A stretch of 61,843 nt of DNA, counting the filler. It is 6 parts of 6 records of this genome, joined end to end, with 100 filler letters (N's around TTAATTAATTAA, not from the genome) between each part and the next. Parts side by side here need not be neighbours in the genome. Positions count along the whole stretch, not along the records: positions 1 to 24,898 come from DRR378314_1871; positions 24,999 to 30,415 come from DRR378314_1873; 4 more parts are not named here. One strand, 5' to 3'. Below, piece by piece: positions 16,832 through 25,852 of this stretch (position 1 is the first letter of the stretch; every line of letters begins with the position of its first letter). The position numbers and the translations under genes are program-made. Below the pieces are notes generated by a model, which saw only the letters and a program-made list of their open reading frames with translations, was not told where the DNA came from and did no database searches.

Positions 16832-17707
16832 TCATTTTTTAGAACCTGGCTGTTCATTTTTAGGGATTATTTCTGTATGGCCCGACTTAAAGTGAAGGTC
16901 CATTTGGGGAAAGGGTATTACAATCTTGTTTTCACTGAATTTCCGGTTGATGATCTTTCGGATATCACTTTTTACCTTCTCGATTCTAAATACGTTTTCG
17001 CTAAAAAACAGCACCTCAAAATCCAAGGAGGAATTGCCGAAATTTACAAAGCGTCCCTCTATCATTTTGCTATCATCAAAATCAGGATGTTCCAAAACAC
17101 TTTCCTCCAGTATTCTGACAACAAGATCAACATCACTACCATAGGCCACTCCAACACCTATTTTGAAACGGGTTTTTTTCTTCTGGTGGCTCCAGTTGAT
17201 GACCTTATTGGTAGTTATCAATGAATTTGGTATAATTATGGAAATATCGTTTCTGTTAAGTCCCCGCGAAGTTCTCAATCCAATTTCCTGTATTTCCACT
17301 ATATCGCCATCTATTTCCAGGACGTCGTTGATTTTGATCGATTTCTCAGAAAGTAATATTATGCCAGAGATTACATCGTTGAAGGTTTGTTGCAGGCCCA
17401 ATCCCACACCCACCAATAGGGCAGCGGAGCCGGCAATTAAAATGGTGACCTTGATGCCCACGGATTCCAATATAAACCCAAAGGCAATTACCCATATAAC
17501 ATATTTAATGATTTGATATAGGGCATAAGTGTTTCCCTTATCCAGGTGCAACCCCTTATAGCGCCGAAATAGGGCGGATTTTATGAGCTTCAATATTACC
17601 CTGGTAATTAGAATTATTAATAGAATTATAACCAGGGTGTATACTTTTATTTTATAATCCCCAATACTGATCAGATTAAAGTCCAATAACTTACTTAGCG
17701 TATCCAT
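16832..17707 (-). CDS. MscS-family small mechanosensitive channel
   Basis: GVGLGLQQTF, IIPNS..NWS, VGVAYGSD, IPFPQ. Confidence 0.92.
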   Translation of the reverse strand: MDTLSKLLDFNLISIGDYKIKVYTLVIILLIILITRVILKLIKSALFRRYKGLHLDKGNTYALYQIIKYVIWVIAFGFILESVGIKVTILIAGSAALLVGVGLGLQQTFNDVISGIILLSEKSIKINDVLEIDGDIVEIQEIGLRTSRGLNRNDISIIIPNSLITTNKVINWSHQKKKTRFKIGVGVAYGSDVDLVVRILEESVLEHPDFDDSKMIEGRFVNFGNSSLDFEVLFFSENVFRIEKVKSDIRKIINRKFSENKIVIPFPQMDLHFKSGHTEIIPKNEQPGSKK

Positions 17708-17961
17708 TTCATTTTTTTAGGGCCACCGGATGCCTTGCCAAGAAGTTCAGCTTGTGCAGGGGGAGGGTAGGAGCGTTGGTTTTATTATACTGAAATATAG
17801 TGAAATCCCTTGAACTATCCTCAGGAAAATGAGCATTAGAGCGGAAAATGAACATCGCTTCCTTAGGTGGGTTTAGGACCAATTAAAAAGCGGCAATGTT
17901 CTTATTATCCTTATTTTTTTTGGAAGCATTTAGGTTTTAGAAAAGTACTTATACCAATTCT

Positions 17962-18750
17962 TTAGTTCTTAAGTGGCATGGTCAAATTAGGGACAATGGT
18001 TTTCATGGCCTCCTCTGTGTCAATATAGGCCAGTAAATCCCTAAGGGAAACCACCTTAAAATTGTGATCTGACAGATACTGTAGATATTCCTTGAATAAG
18101 TTTGGCGGGGTATTTACCCATGGATGTTCCACATCCGGTACGCCGTGCAGGGTAAGCACTGTGATCTTGCCGTTTTTGGCTTCGCCCATAGCGGCTTTAA
18201 TTTCACTTTTATTACCCGCATTGGTCGCCCAACTAGGGATTAAAAATGGATGGTCTGTTAAAGGGTCGTATGCCCTGCTGCCCCCGGCCCTGGCAAAACG
18301 GTAACTTTTTTCTTCCAAAAACTTAAGTACATCGGCATTTAGTCCGTAACCGGGATAGGCAAAGTTTTGTGGCGGGGTTATCCCCAGGGAATCACATTTA
18401 TTTTCTATATATTCCAACTCTGCATTAAATTGTGATTGGGAGAGCTTGCTAACATTGGCATGGGTATGGGTGTGATTGGCCACTTCAAAACCCATTTTGT
18501 CCAATGCTTTTATCTGTCTCCAATTCATATACAGGGTACTGTCCTTATAATTTGGAGGAAATTCGCATACAAAGAAGGTAGCCCCAAAACCGTACTCCTT
18601 CAAAAGAGGGGCCACCACCGCATACTGACTCGCCGGGGCATCATCAAAAGTGAGCACCAGCAATTTATCGGGTATTCCCTTTTTCAATATTTGTGCATGG
18701 CCAAATAAAAAAAGATTAAGGGCCAATAGGACAAGGATGTTTTTTATCAT
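17962..18750 (-). CDS. Polysaccharide deacetylase (NodB/CE4)
   Basis: LTFDD, NHTHTH, FAYPG, LHG; signal peptide. Confidence 0.88.
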   Translation of the reverse strand: MIKNILVLLALNLFLFGHAQILKKGIPDKLLVLTFDDAPASQYAVVAPLLKEYGFGATFFVCEFPPNYKDSTLYMNWRQIKALDKMGFEVANHTHTHANVSKLSQSQFNAELEYIENKCDSLGITPPQNFAYPGYGLNADVLKFLEEKSYRFARAGGSRAYDPLTDHPFLIPSWATNAGNKSEIKAAMGEAKNGKITVLTLHGVPDVEHPWVNTPPNLFKEYLQYLSDHNFKVVSLRDLLAYIDTEEAMKTIVPNLTMPLKN

Positions 18751-18804
18751 GAAAAATTAGGTCTTGGTTAAATTTAGGAAATTTTGTTCAGTAACTATAC
18801 CTAC

Positions 18805-19155
18805 TCAATTATACCAGACAGCATAGCGCTCCCTCCTTAATTCCAAGGCCAAGCCTTCCTCTATTTCCAAAGCTTCCGCTCTGGTCAGAACGGGATCTAT
18901 ATGATTGTATAGGCTAGGCCTTAGATAAAGCCCGTATTTCTCCACAATGTTGGACGACAATTTATGTCCCTTCTTGTTCCTATAACCGGTCTTATGCTGT
19001 TCAAATCGTTCCTTGGGGGTTTTGGAGGTCATACCCACATAAAGGCATTCCAATACTCCGTTAAATTGGGGATTGGCAGCCCTAAACTTCGCATTCTCTG
19101 TAAATACACGTTTGGATAATTCCACAACATAGACTCGGTAAAGGGTTTTGGACAT
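18805..19155 (-). CDS. Stand-alone GIY-YIG-like nuclease
   Basis: VYVVEL ... LYVGMT ... ERFEQH ... ALEIE. Confidence 0.75.
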   Translation of the reverse strand: MSKTLYRVYVVELSKRVFTENAKFRAANPQFNGVLECLYVGMTSKTPKERFEQHKTGYRNKKGHKLSSNIVEKYGLYLRPSLYNHIDPVLTRAEALEIEEGLALELRRERYAVWYN

Positions 19156-19313
19156 GGTAGAATATTGATATTTTGACGTAAACTAAGTAAAATTCAAATT
19201 AATTTAAAGGCAAATTTTCCATATTGCCCTCTAATTACCAATTTTTTTACGAATTTTAGGGAGTATAAAGTGCAAATCAAATCTATTGCAAATCCAAAAA
19301 AACAATCTTAATA

Positions 19314-20828
19314 ATGAAAAAAGAACCAAACAAACCCTTACCAATTACGCGAAGATCTTTTATTAGTAAAACAGGCGTTGCCGCTGCCGGAATTACCATT
19401 CTACCGAGTAATGTTATTTCGGGATTAGGGCATAAAGCGCCCAGTGATAAACTGAATATAGTTGGGGTAGGAGTAGGAAGCATGGGGTTTGGCAACCTTA
19501 GAAATTTACAGACCGAAAATATTGTTGGATTGTGTGATGTGGATTGGAAATATGCAAAGAATTGTTTTGATCACTTTCCCAAAGCGAAGAAATACAAGGA
19601 TTTTAGAGTGATGTATGATGAGATGGGCAACGACTTTGATGCTGTTCTGGTAGCTACGGCCGATCATACCCATGCTATTGTGGCTGCCGATGCCATGGTC
19701 CGTGGAAAACACGTTTATGTGCAAAAACCGCTTACCCATTCCGTTTATGAATCCAGATTACTGACCAAATTGGCCAAGAAGCATAATGTGGCCACCCAGA
19801 TGGGGAATCAAGGGGCATCCGGAGAGGGAGTGGCCAAAACCTGCGAATTAATTTGGAGTGGTGCCATAGGGGATATCACCAAAGTAGAATCCTTTACGGA
19901 TAGGCCCATTTGGCCACAGGGAGTGAATCCTCCTGCCCAAGGACAATGGGTCCCCGATACTTTGGATTGGGACCTGTTTACAGGCCCTGCAGAGTTGATA
20001 CCCTACAATCAAGTGTACCACCCATGGAACTGGCGAGGATGGTGGAATTACGGTACGGGGGCATTGGGGGATATGGCCTGCCATATTCTACATCCCGTAT
20101 TTGAGGCCCTAAAATTGGGCTATCCAACCAAAGTTCAGGGAAGTTCCTCCCTACTCTTGAAGGACAGTGCCCCAACGGCACAGTCCGTACAAATGATCTT
20201 CCCTGAACGCGGAAGAAAAGGCAAGATAAAATTGCCGGAAGTAGAGGTGAACTGGTATGACGGGGGTATTAAACCAGATCTACCTGCCAATTGGCCTAGT
20301 GGCAAAAATCCTAATAAGTCTGGAGGTGGTACATTCTTTTATGGTACCAAAGGTATTATACATGCTGGATGTTATGGGCTGGATCCGGAAATATTGGGTA
20401 GGGACATGCCCAAAGTTGCTGAGACCGAGCGCCGTGTAGAAAAGGAGATGGGACTCGACTGGGGCAAAGGGGCACATGAAATGGATTGGGTAAGGGCCTG
20501 TAAGGAAAATCCGGAGAATCGCAAACCCTGTACCTCCGATTTTTCAGAAGCCGGTCCCTTTAACGAAATGGTCGTTATGGGAGTACTAGCGGTAAGGTTG
20601 CAATCCTTGAATAAAATTTTGAACTGGGATGGGGAGAATATGAGATTTACCAATATAGGGCAGGATGAGACTATAAAGACTGTAATCCGTGACAATTTTG
20701 TAATGAAGGACGGACGTCCAAAATTTGAAAAGGAATGGACAGAACCATATTCTGCAAGCGAGTTTGCTGCCGAATTGATAAAACATACCTATAGGGATGC
20801 TTGGAAGTTACCGGATATGCCAGCATAA
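19314..20828 (+). CDS. Gfo/Idh/MocA oxidoreductase with Tat signal
   Basis: TRRSFI, GVGSMG, ATADHTH, VQKPLT, GDMACH. Confidence 0.92.
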   Translation: MKKEPNKPLPITRRSFISKTGVAAAGITILPSNVISGLGHKAPSDKLNIVGVGVGSMGFGNLRNLQTENIVGLCDVDWKYAKNCFDHFPKAKKYKDFRVMYDEMGNDFDAVLVATADHTHAIVAADAMVRGKHVYVQKPLTHSVYESRLLTKLAKKHNVATQMGNQGASGEGVAKTCELIWSGAIGDITKVESFTDRPIWPQGVNPPAQGQWVPDTLDWDLFTGPAELIPYNQVYHPWNWRGWWNYGTGALGDMACHILHPVFEALKLGYPTKVQGSSSLLLKDSAPTAQSVQMIFPERGRKGKIKLPEVEVNWYDGGIKPDLPANWPSGKNPNKSGGGTFFYGTKGIIHAGCYGLDPEILGRDMPKVAETERRVEKEMGLDWGKGAHEMDWVRACKENPENRKPCTSDFSEAGPFNEMVVMGVLAVRLQSLNKILNWDGENMRFTNIGQDETIKTVIRDNFVMKDGRPKFEKEWTEPYSASEFAAELIKHTYRDAWKLPDMPA

Positions 20829-20849
20829 AAAATAAATTTTATCATATAC

Positions 20850-20881
20850 AAAAGGGGAGGGGCAGTGGCTTCTTCCCTTTT
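20850..20881 (+). terminator. Intrinsic terminator, probably bidirectional
   Basis: aaaaggggaggggc-agtg-gcttcttccctttt between convergent genes. Confidence 0.6.
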
Positions 20882-20968
20882 CTACGTATTGGTATTATCC
20901 GGATTGCAGTTGGTCAAGGTAGCAGTGTACTTCTGGAAAGCATTGCACTTACCACTTTGCCGAAAGTC

Positions 20969-21361
20969 CTACTTCATGGAATGTATGCCGATCGTATTGC
21001 CTTCGGTATCGCAAGCCAGAACCATAGCCCCATAATCGCCCAGGGAAACTTTGGACTTAACTACTTTTCCGCCTGCAGCTTTAACCCTCGATTCTTCCAC
21101 ACTACAATCCTCGCTCATGAAATAGACAATTGTACTGTTGTTGCCAGCTTTAAATCCATCCATTTTGACCAAGGCTCCGGAGGCACTGTTCTTGGATTCC
21201 ATATTGGCCGGAAAAAATAGCATTTTCATACTGTCATCGGCAGAAGCTGGCATGGGCATTTCATTAAGTTCAAGTTGAAATACGGTTTCGTAAAATTTTT
21301 TGGCCCGATCTAAGTCATCGACATAAATTTCGAACCAAACCACTGGGTTTACATTTTTCAT
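20969..21361 (-). CDS. VOC/glyoxalase family protein
   Basis: VWFEIYVDDLDRAKKFY, AAGGKV, DTEGNTIGIHS. Confidence 0.9.
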   Translation of the reverse strand: MKNVNPVVWFEIYVDDLDRAKKFYETVFQLELNEMPMPASADDSMKMLFFPANMESKNSASGALVKMDGFKAGNNSTIVYFMSEDCSVEESRVKAAGGKVVKSKVSLGDYGAMVLACDTEGNTIGIHSMK

Positions 21362-21529
21362 AGTTTTATAATTTATTGTTTGATAAGACTTCCGGGCTTA
21401 ATAAGGGTGTTCAAAATGAATGGGTCAAGGTTCATAGATCTTGGTTTAACTAATATATCAAAAAATCCCCAAACTTTGGATATAGAGCTATTAGCACTGC
21501 AAAAAGTTGGTTTGGGTTTGAAGTCTTAT

Positions 21530-21660
21530 AGTTAGTAAGCAGTAAACAGTAAACAGTAAGCAGTTTTAAGTAGTCAGATGACAGTAATCAGTGTTCAGAG
21601 CTATGAGCCTAGACAAAAAAGAGTCCAGTTTCTAGGCTCTATTAGCAAGGGTTCTATATC
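21530..21660. repeat. Heptamer-period intergenic repeat (CAGTAAR) with an AGAGCTA/AGACAAA module
   Basis: agtaagcagtaaacagtaaacagtaagcag...gagcctagacaaaaaa, shared with 22720-23415. Confidence 0.7.
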
Positions 21661-21893
21661 CAATACATTTATATCGCACTATCCCCTTGCTCTTAAATCT
21701 TTACAAGGATGACCTCAACCGACATTTTGTAAGGCCATTGTGGATGATTTGCTCCTTTTTCAAATTTTATAACCAATAATTTGGTATCTTTAGGAGGCTG
21801 GTTGTCATATAAATATGACCTATGATGAGTCACTATACGTGTACTTTTGCCCAGCGTTGACCAATTTCCCCCCCGACCTAAAACTGAGAAATT

Positions 21894-22706
21894 ATGCCAC
21901 TATTCATGGATCGACATTATATTGAAGGAGCCACTCCTGAAGAGGTGGCCAAAGCTCATCATGAAGACATGAAAATTCAATCAAGGCACCATTGCAAGGC
22001 ACTGACCTATTGGCATGATGAGGAAAAGGGCGTGGCTTTTTGTCTTATTGAAGCCCCATCGGCTGCTGCCGTACGAGGGATGCATAAAGAAGCTCACGGT
22101 CTTATTCCCAACCAGATAATTGAAGTTGACGGTTCGGCCGTAGCCCAATTTCTTGGCAGGGTAATCGACCCAGAAAAAGAGGACGGTAAACCCATGACCG
22201 AGAGTCCATTTAGGGCAATTATGTTTATTGACATGGTGAGTTCCACAGATATTACCAAAGCCTTGGGCGATGCCAAGGCCCTGGACTTGGTACATAGATA
22301 TCGGGATGTAGTCCGTAAGGCACTTGTAGATCACGGAGGACGCGAAGTGGATAGGGCGGGAGATGGATTCCTGACAAGTTTTAGATCGGCCTATACCGCT
22401 TCAGTCTGTGCTGTGGAAATCCAGCGCCAATTATCCAAATACAATGAATCCCGAGAGGATGGCATTTTGCTCCAGGCAAGGATCGGGATTGGTGCTGGAG
22501 AACCGGTACAGGATGGTGATGCGCTATTTGGCTCAACAGTGAATCTAGTAGCCCGTATCTGCAGTTATGGCGATTCGGGTCAAATTATAACAGCCAAGGT
22601 GGTCAAGGATCTTTGCATTGGTAAGGGTGTCTCCTTTACCTCTCTGGGTCCTAAAATGCTAAAGGGCTTCGATGAACCAGTAGATTTGGAACTTATAGAA
22701 TGGTGA
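21894..22706 (+). CDS. DUF4242 (SCO4226-like metal-binding) domain fused to a class III nucleotide cyclase domain
   Basis: MPLFMDRH..AHHEDM..YW..FCLIEAP..HKEAHG, then IMFIDMVSST, GDGF, RIGIGAG, FGSTVNLVARI, LKGF. Confidence 0.85.
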   Translation: MPLFMDRHYIEGATPEEVAKAHHEDMKIQSRHHCKALTYWHDEEKGVAFCLIEAPSAAAVRGMHKEAHGLIPNQIIEVDGSAVAQFLGRVIDPEKEDGKPMTESPFRAIMFIDMVSSTDITKALGDAKALDLVHRYRDVVRKALVDHGGREVDRAGDGFLTSFRSAYTASVCAVEIQRQLSKYNESREDGILLQARIGIGAGEPVQDGDALFGSTVNLVARICSYGDSGQIITAKVVKDLCIGKGVSFTSLGPKMLKGFDEPVDLELIEW

Positions 22707-22719
22707 GATGTTTTTAAAC

Positions 22720-23415
22720 AGTGTAGAGTAGTCAGTAGTCAGTATTCAGTATTCAGTATTCAGTAAGCAGTATTCAGTATTCAGTTGGCAGTAGCTCTAA
22801 CAATGAACAATTATCAATAAGCAATGCATATGTTCAATGTTAAAAAGTTTAAAGTCCCTTCGGAGATTGAGCCTGCCTGACGGCAAGGCAGGCCTGCCCG
22901 GCCAAAAGGTGGGCGGAGCCGAAATCGAAGTAGACGGCAGGCAATTTACAGTAAACAGTATTCATAGTCTGTAGTCAGAATTGAGTAGTGAGTATTGAGA
23001 ATCTAGAACCAAGAGCTAAGAGTCTAGAAGCTAGGGCCTAAACAAAAAAAGTCCAATATCTTGCTTCCAATAGCGTAGCGGTCAAGTTCTTGATCCGTCT
23101 ATCTCTCTTGGAGTCAGCTAACAATTTAGTGTTCAGTTAGCAGTAGCTCTAACAATTAACAATTATCAATAAGCAATACTTAAGTTCAATGACTGAAAGT
23201 TGAAATTCGTCACTTCGAGTCTAGCAGTCGGTAGACAGGCCGGCCTACCGGCAGGTAGGTGATCAGATGAAGTTGAGCATAATTGTATCGAGAAGAGTTT
23301 TCAGTAAACAGTTTTCTGTGGACACTTGTCAGTAACGAGCTAAGAGTCTAGAAGCTAGTCCTAGACAAAAAAGTCTAAAATCCTGTTTCTAGTAGCGAAG
23401 CGGTCCAGTTTCTGT
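22720..23415. repeat. Mosaic tandem repeat: two related units about 340 nt apart with heptamer arrays and REP-like palindromes
   Basis: 22780-22857 resembles 23132-23211; 23013-23090 resembles 23337-23413; (CAGTATT)n; CCTGCC..GGCAGG hairpins. Confidence 0.85.
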
Positions 23416-23517
23416 TCATTAAAACTGTACTATGGATGTTGCCAAAAGAAGTTACATACCCTCCACTGGTCTCGGTATTTATTTGTACTTTTTCCCTGCT
23501 AAAACAACACCCTTAAG

Positions 23518-24504
23518 TTGAACCTAGTTTTTAAACCACATATAATGTGGCCTAATTATTCCAAAGGCTTATCTAACTACCTCTCATTGTTGATATGTTT
23601 TGTTGGTGGGACTTTCATTTCCTTGGCACAGCAAGAGATGAATACTGCTGATAGGAGTACTCTTCGCAACCAGATTGGATTACGGCACGACAATGATTTT
23701 ATATTGCTGACTGATCGGTATTATACGGCTGGGCTATTTTTAACGTACAGACACCGACTTGAAAAGGGCATTTTTAATTCCCAGAGCGAACAGCTTAGCT
23801 TTTCCATAGGTCAGGAAATTATAACGCCCTCATATCTTATGACAGATGACGTTCAACTACTGGACCGTGCCTATGTTGGATTTTCGGCGCTTAGGTCTGG
23901 ATGGTCCTATGTGGGGAGCAACCATATGATAGAGGCAAAATTACTTCTTGGAATAGCAGGCAAGGCCTCTGGAGCAGGTAGAGTACAAAGGTGGTACCAC
24001 CATTATGTCATAAAAACCGAAACTCCGACCTGGGTAGGAGAAATGGAGAATAGTGTTCATTACAACCTGTACACCAAATATCTGTATGAATGGCAGTTGG
24101 CGCCAAACCCGTTTAGTATTCATATTGCGGCACAGTCCCAATTTGCATTTGGCACCAGGGATATCTACGTTCACCCGGAGTTTGTGGCTTATTTTGGAAA
24201 TAGAAACCCTTTATCCTCCAGTATAGCCCACAATCAAATTGGATCTACGGATAGTGAAGTTTTTTTTGCCCTTCGAGCTGGATATAGGGTGGTGGGACAC
24301 AATGGCTTATTGGAAGGCAATGCCCTGGGCGATGATTCCGTTTTGTTGATCGACTCCAAGAATACCGTAGTATACGCTGGTTTCGATTTTCAATTCCGTT
24401 ACGGGCGAAACGAATATTGGGTAGGGGTACGCCATAATTCGCCAGAATTCGAGCACGCCAGACCCCATCAGTATGTTATACTTTCCTATACAAGGGGGTT
24501 CTAG
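23518..24504 (+). CDS. Lipid A deacylase LpxR/DUF2219-like outer-membrane protein
   Basis: HDND....DRYYTAG, GQEIITP, DRAYVG, VQRWYH, C-terminal F. Start uncertain (about 23545). Confidence 0.78.
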   Translation: MNLVFKPHIMWPNYSKGLSNYLSLLICFVGGTFISLAQQEMNTADRSTLRNQIGLRHDNDFILLTDRYYTAGLFLTYRHRLEKGIFNSQSEQLSFSIGQEIITPSYLMTDDVQLLDRAYVGFSALRSGWSYVGSNHMIEAKLLLGIAGKASGAGRVQRWYHHYVIKTETPTWVGEMENSVHYNLYTKYLYEWQLAPNPFSIHIAAQSQFAFGTRDIYVHPEFVAYFGNRNPLSSSIAHNQIGSTDSEVFFALRAGYRVVGHNGLLEGNALGDDSVLLIDSKNTVVYAGFDFQFRYGRNEYWVGVRHNSPEFEHARPHQYVILSYTRGF

Positions 24505-24519
24505 GGCCTAGGGGCAGTT

Positions 24520-24898
24520 TTTAGTAATGAGTATTCAGCGGTCAGCAGCTGAAACAATGTACAGTGAACAATTTACAATTTACAATTTACAATTAGCAAT
24601 GAACAATGCTTCAATGTTTAAAAGTTGAAAGTCGTCACTTTGAGTCTAGCTGTCGTTAGACAGGCCTGCCTACCGGTAGGTAGGTGATTCTGCATAACGA
24701 ACTGGAGCAAAATTGTATCTAGAAGGGTTTTCAGTGAATAGTATCAGAAATAATTAGTCAGTGTTCAGAGCCAAAAGGCAAGAGGCAAGTGTCAGTGGAC
24801 AGTATTAAGTAATCGGTAGGCAGTGGCTGAATCTATTTAAAGTTCAAAGTTTAATGTTCTAGGCCTTTACGGAGATTGAGCGGAGTCGAAATCGAAGT
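24520..24898. repeat. Third copy of the mosaic repeat
   Basis: (ACAATTT)n, cgtcactttgag...aattgtatctagaag, cggagattgagcggagtcgaaatcgaagt. Confidence 0.85.
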
Positions 24899-24998
24899 NN
24901 NNNNNNNNNNNNNNNNNNNNNNNNNNNNNNNNNNNNNNNNNNTTAATTAATTAANNNNNNNNNNNNNNNNNNNNNNNNNNNNNNNNNNNNNNNNNNNN
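24899..24998. other. Artificial contig linker (others at 30416-30515, 37814-37913, 44801-44900, 51103-51202)
   Basis: 100-nt N-run with central TTAATTAATTAA (stops in all six frames). Genes are cut off or composition changes at these points. Confidence 0.99.
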
Positions 24999-25196
24999 TA
25001 GAAACTGACCTACGGATGCTCCTGAAGCGTAAACGACACGTTCTCCATCTGGGTGAACCAAAAGCGACGGGGAAAGGCTTCCATTGAAAGCGATGACATG
25101 CTCAAGCTCCAGGGAAGTGGACGATGCACCACGTCCATCATGACCGTTGCCGCCCTCGTACTCATGTGCACCGATATCCTCTGTCGCACTCATCAC
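24999..25196 (-). CDS. First exon of a eukaryotic WD40-repeat protein (CFAP52/WDR90-like)
   Basis: LELEHVIAFNG...LLVHPDGERVVYASG resembles the CFAP52-type N-terminus; GT donor follows. Confidence 0.55.
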
Positions 25197-25852
25197 TCGA
25201 CTCGTGCTCTCTTATGTCGCTATGAGAAAATTTCGATAACGAAAGGGAGACTTGACGACGACTCACGTGCAGTCAATTGCACAATGGTGTGTGAAAGGGG
25301 ACAGCTTCTGCGCGTTTCCAGGAGGAATACCTCGTCCAAGCCAGGATGGGAGCGCCTCGTCGTAGCGCTGCACTTCAGGGTACAGAGTTGATGCGGGCGA
25401 TTCGCGCTACGCTCCAAGGCGGCGCAGGAAACGCCTGTGCGCAGAGCGATCATGGTGTCTCGCCCCTTGCGCGCACCCTCGCAGCCGGGCCATCCGTCCC
25501 TCCCCTTACTCCTTGCACCAGGCGCGAACGCAGCCCGGCGATGCACCAGCCATTGTTTCCTTTCTCAACGCAAATGCTTCCGTGCATGGATAGTTTGATC
25601 GGAAGAAACGTCATAACAGAATGCGAAAGAAAATATACTTGTCTTCGCCCACAATCAAAGCAACATGCAAGAGAAACAACGGTGAAGAGTGCTGTCGAGT
25701 TCATCCTGCGATTGGCGTTGCCCTGGGCACAGGTCGCGACCGACGATGCTGCTGCGGGCCAAACCTGCGACGCAGACAGCAGGCCGCTCGCACGTAGCAT
25801 GGCGCCTTCTCCTGTAGGTGCCCACACTTTTGACCAGAGATGACGCAACATT

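Noticed and set aside
22720-23415. Possible CRISPR array
   Set aside because: There is no constant 25-45-nt repeat with unique equal-length spacers and no cas genes. The units are degenerate heptamers and palindromes.
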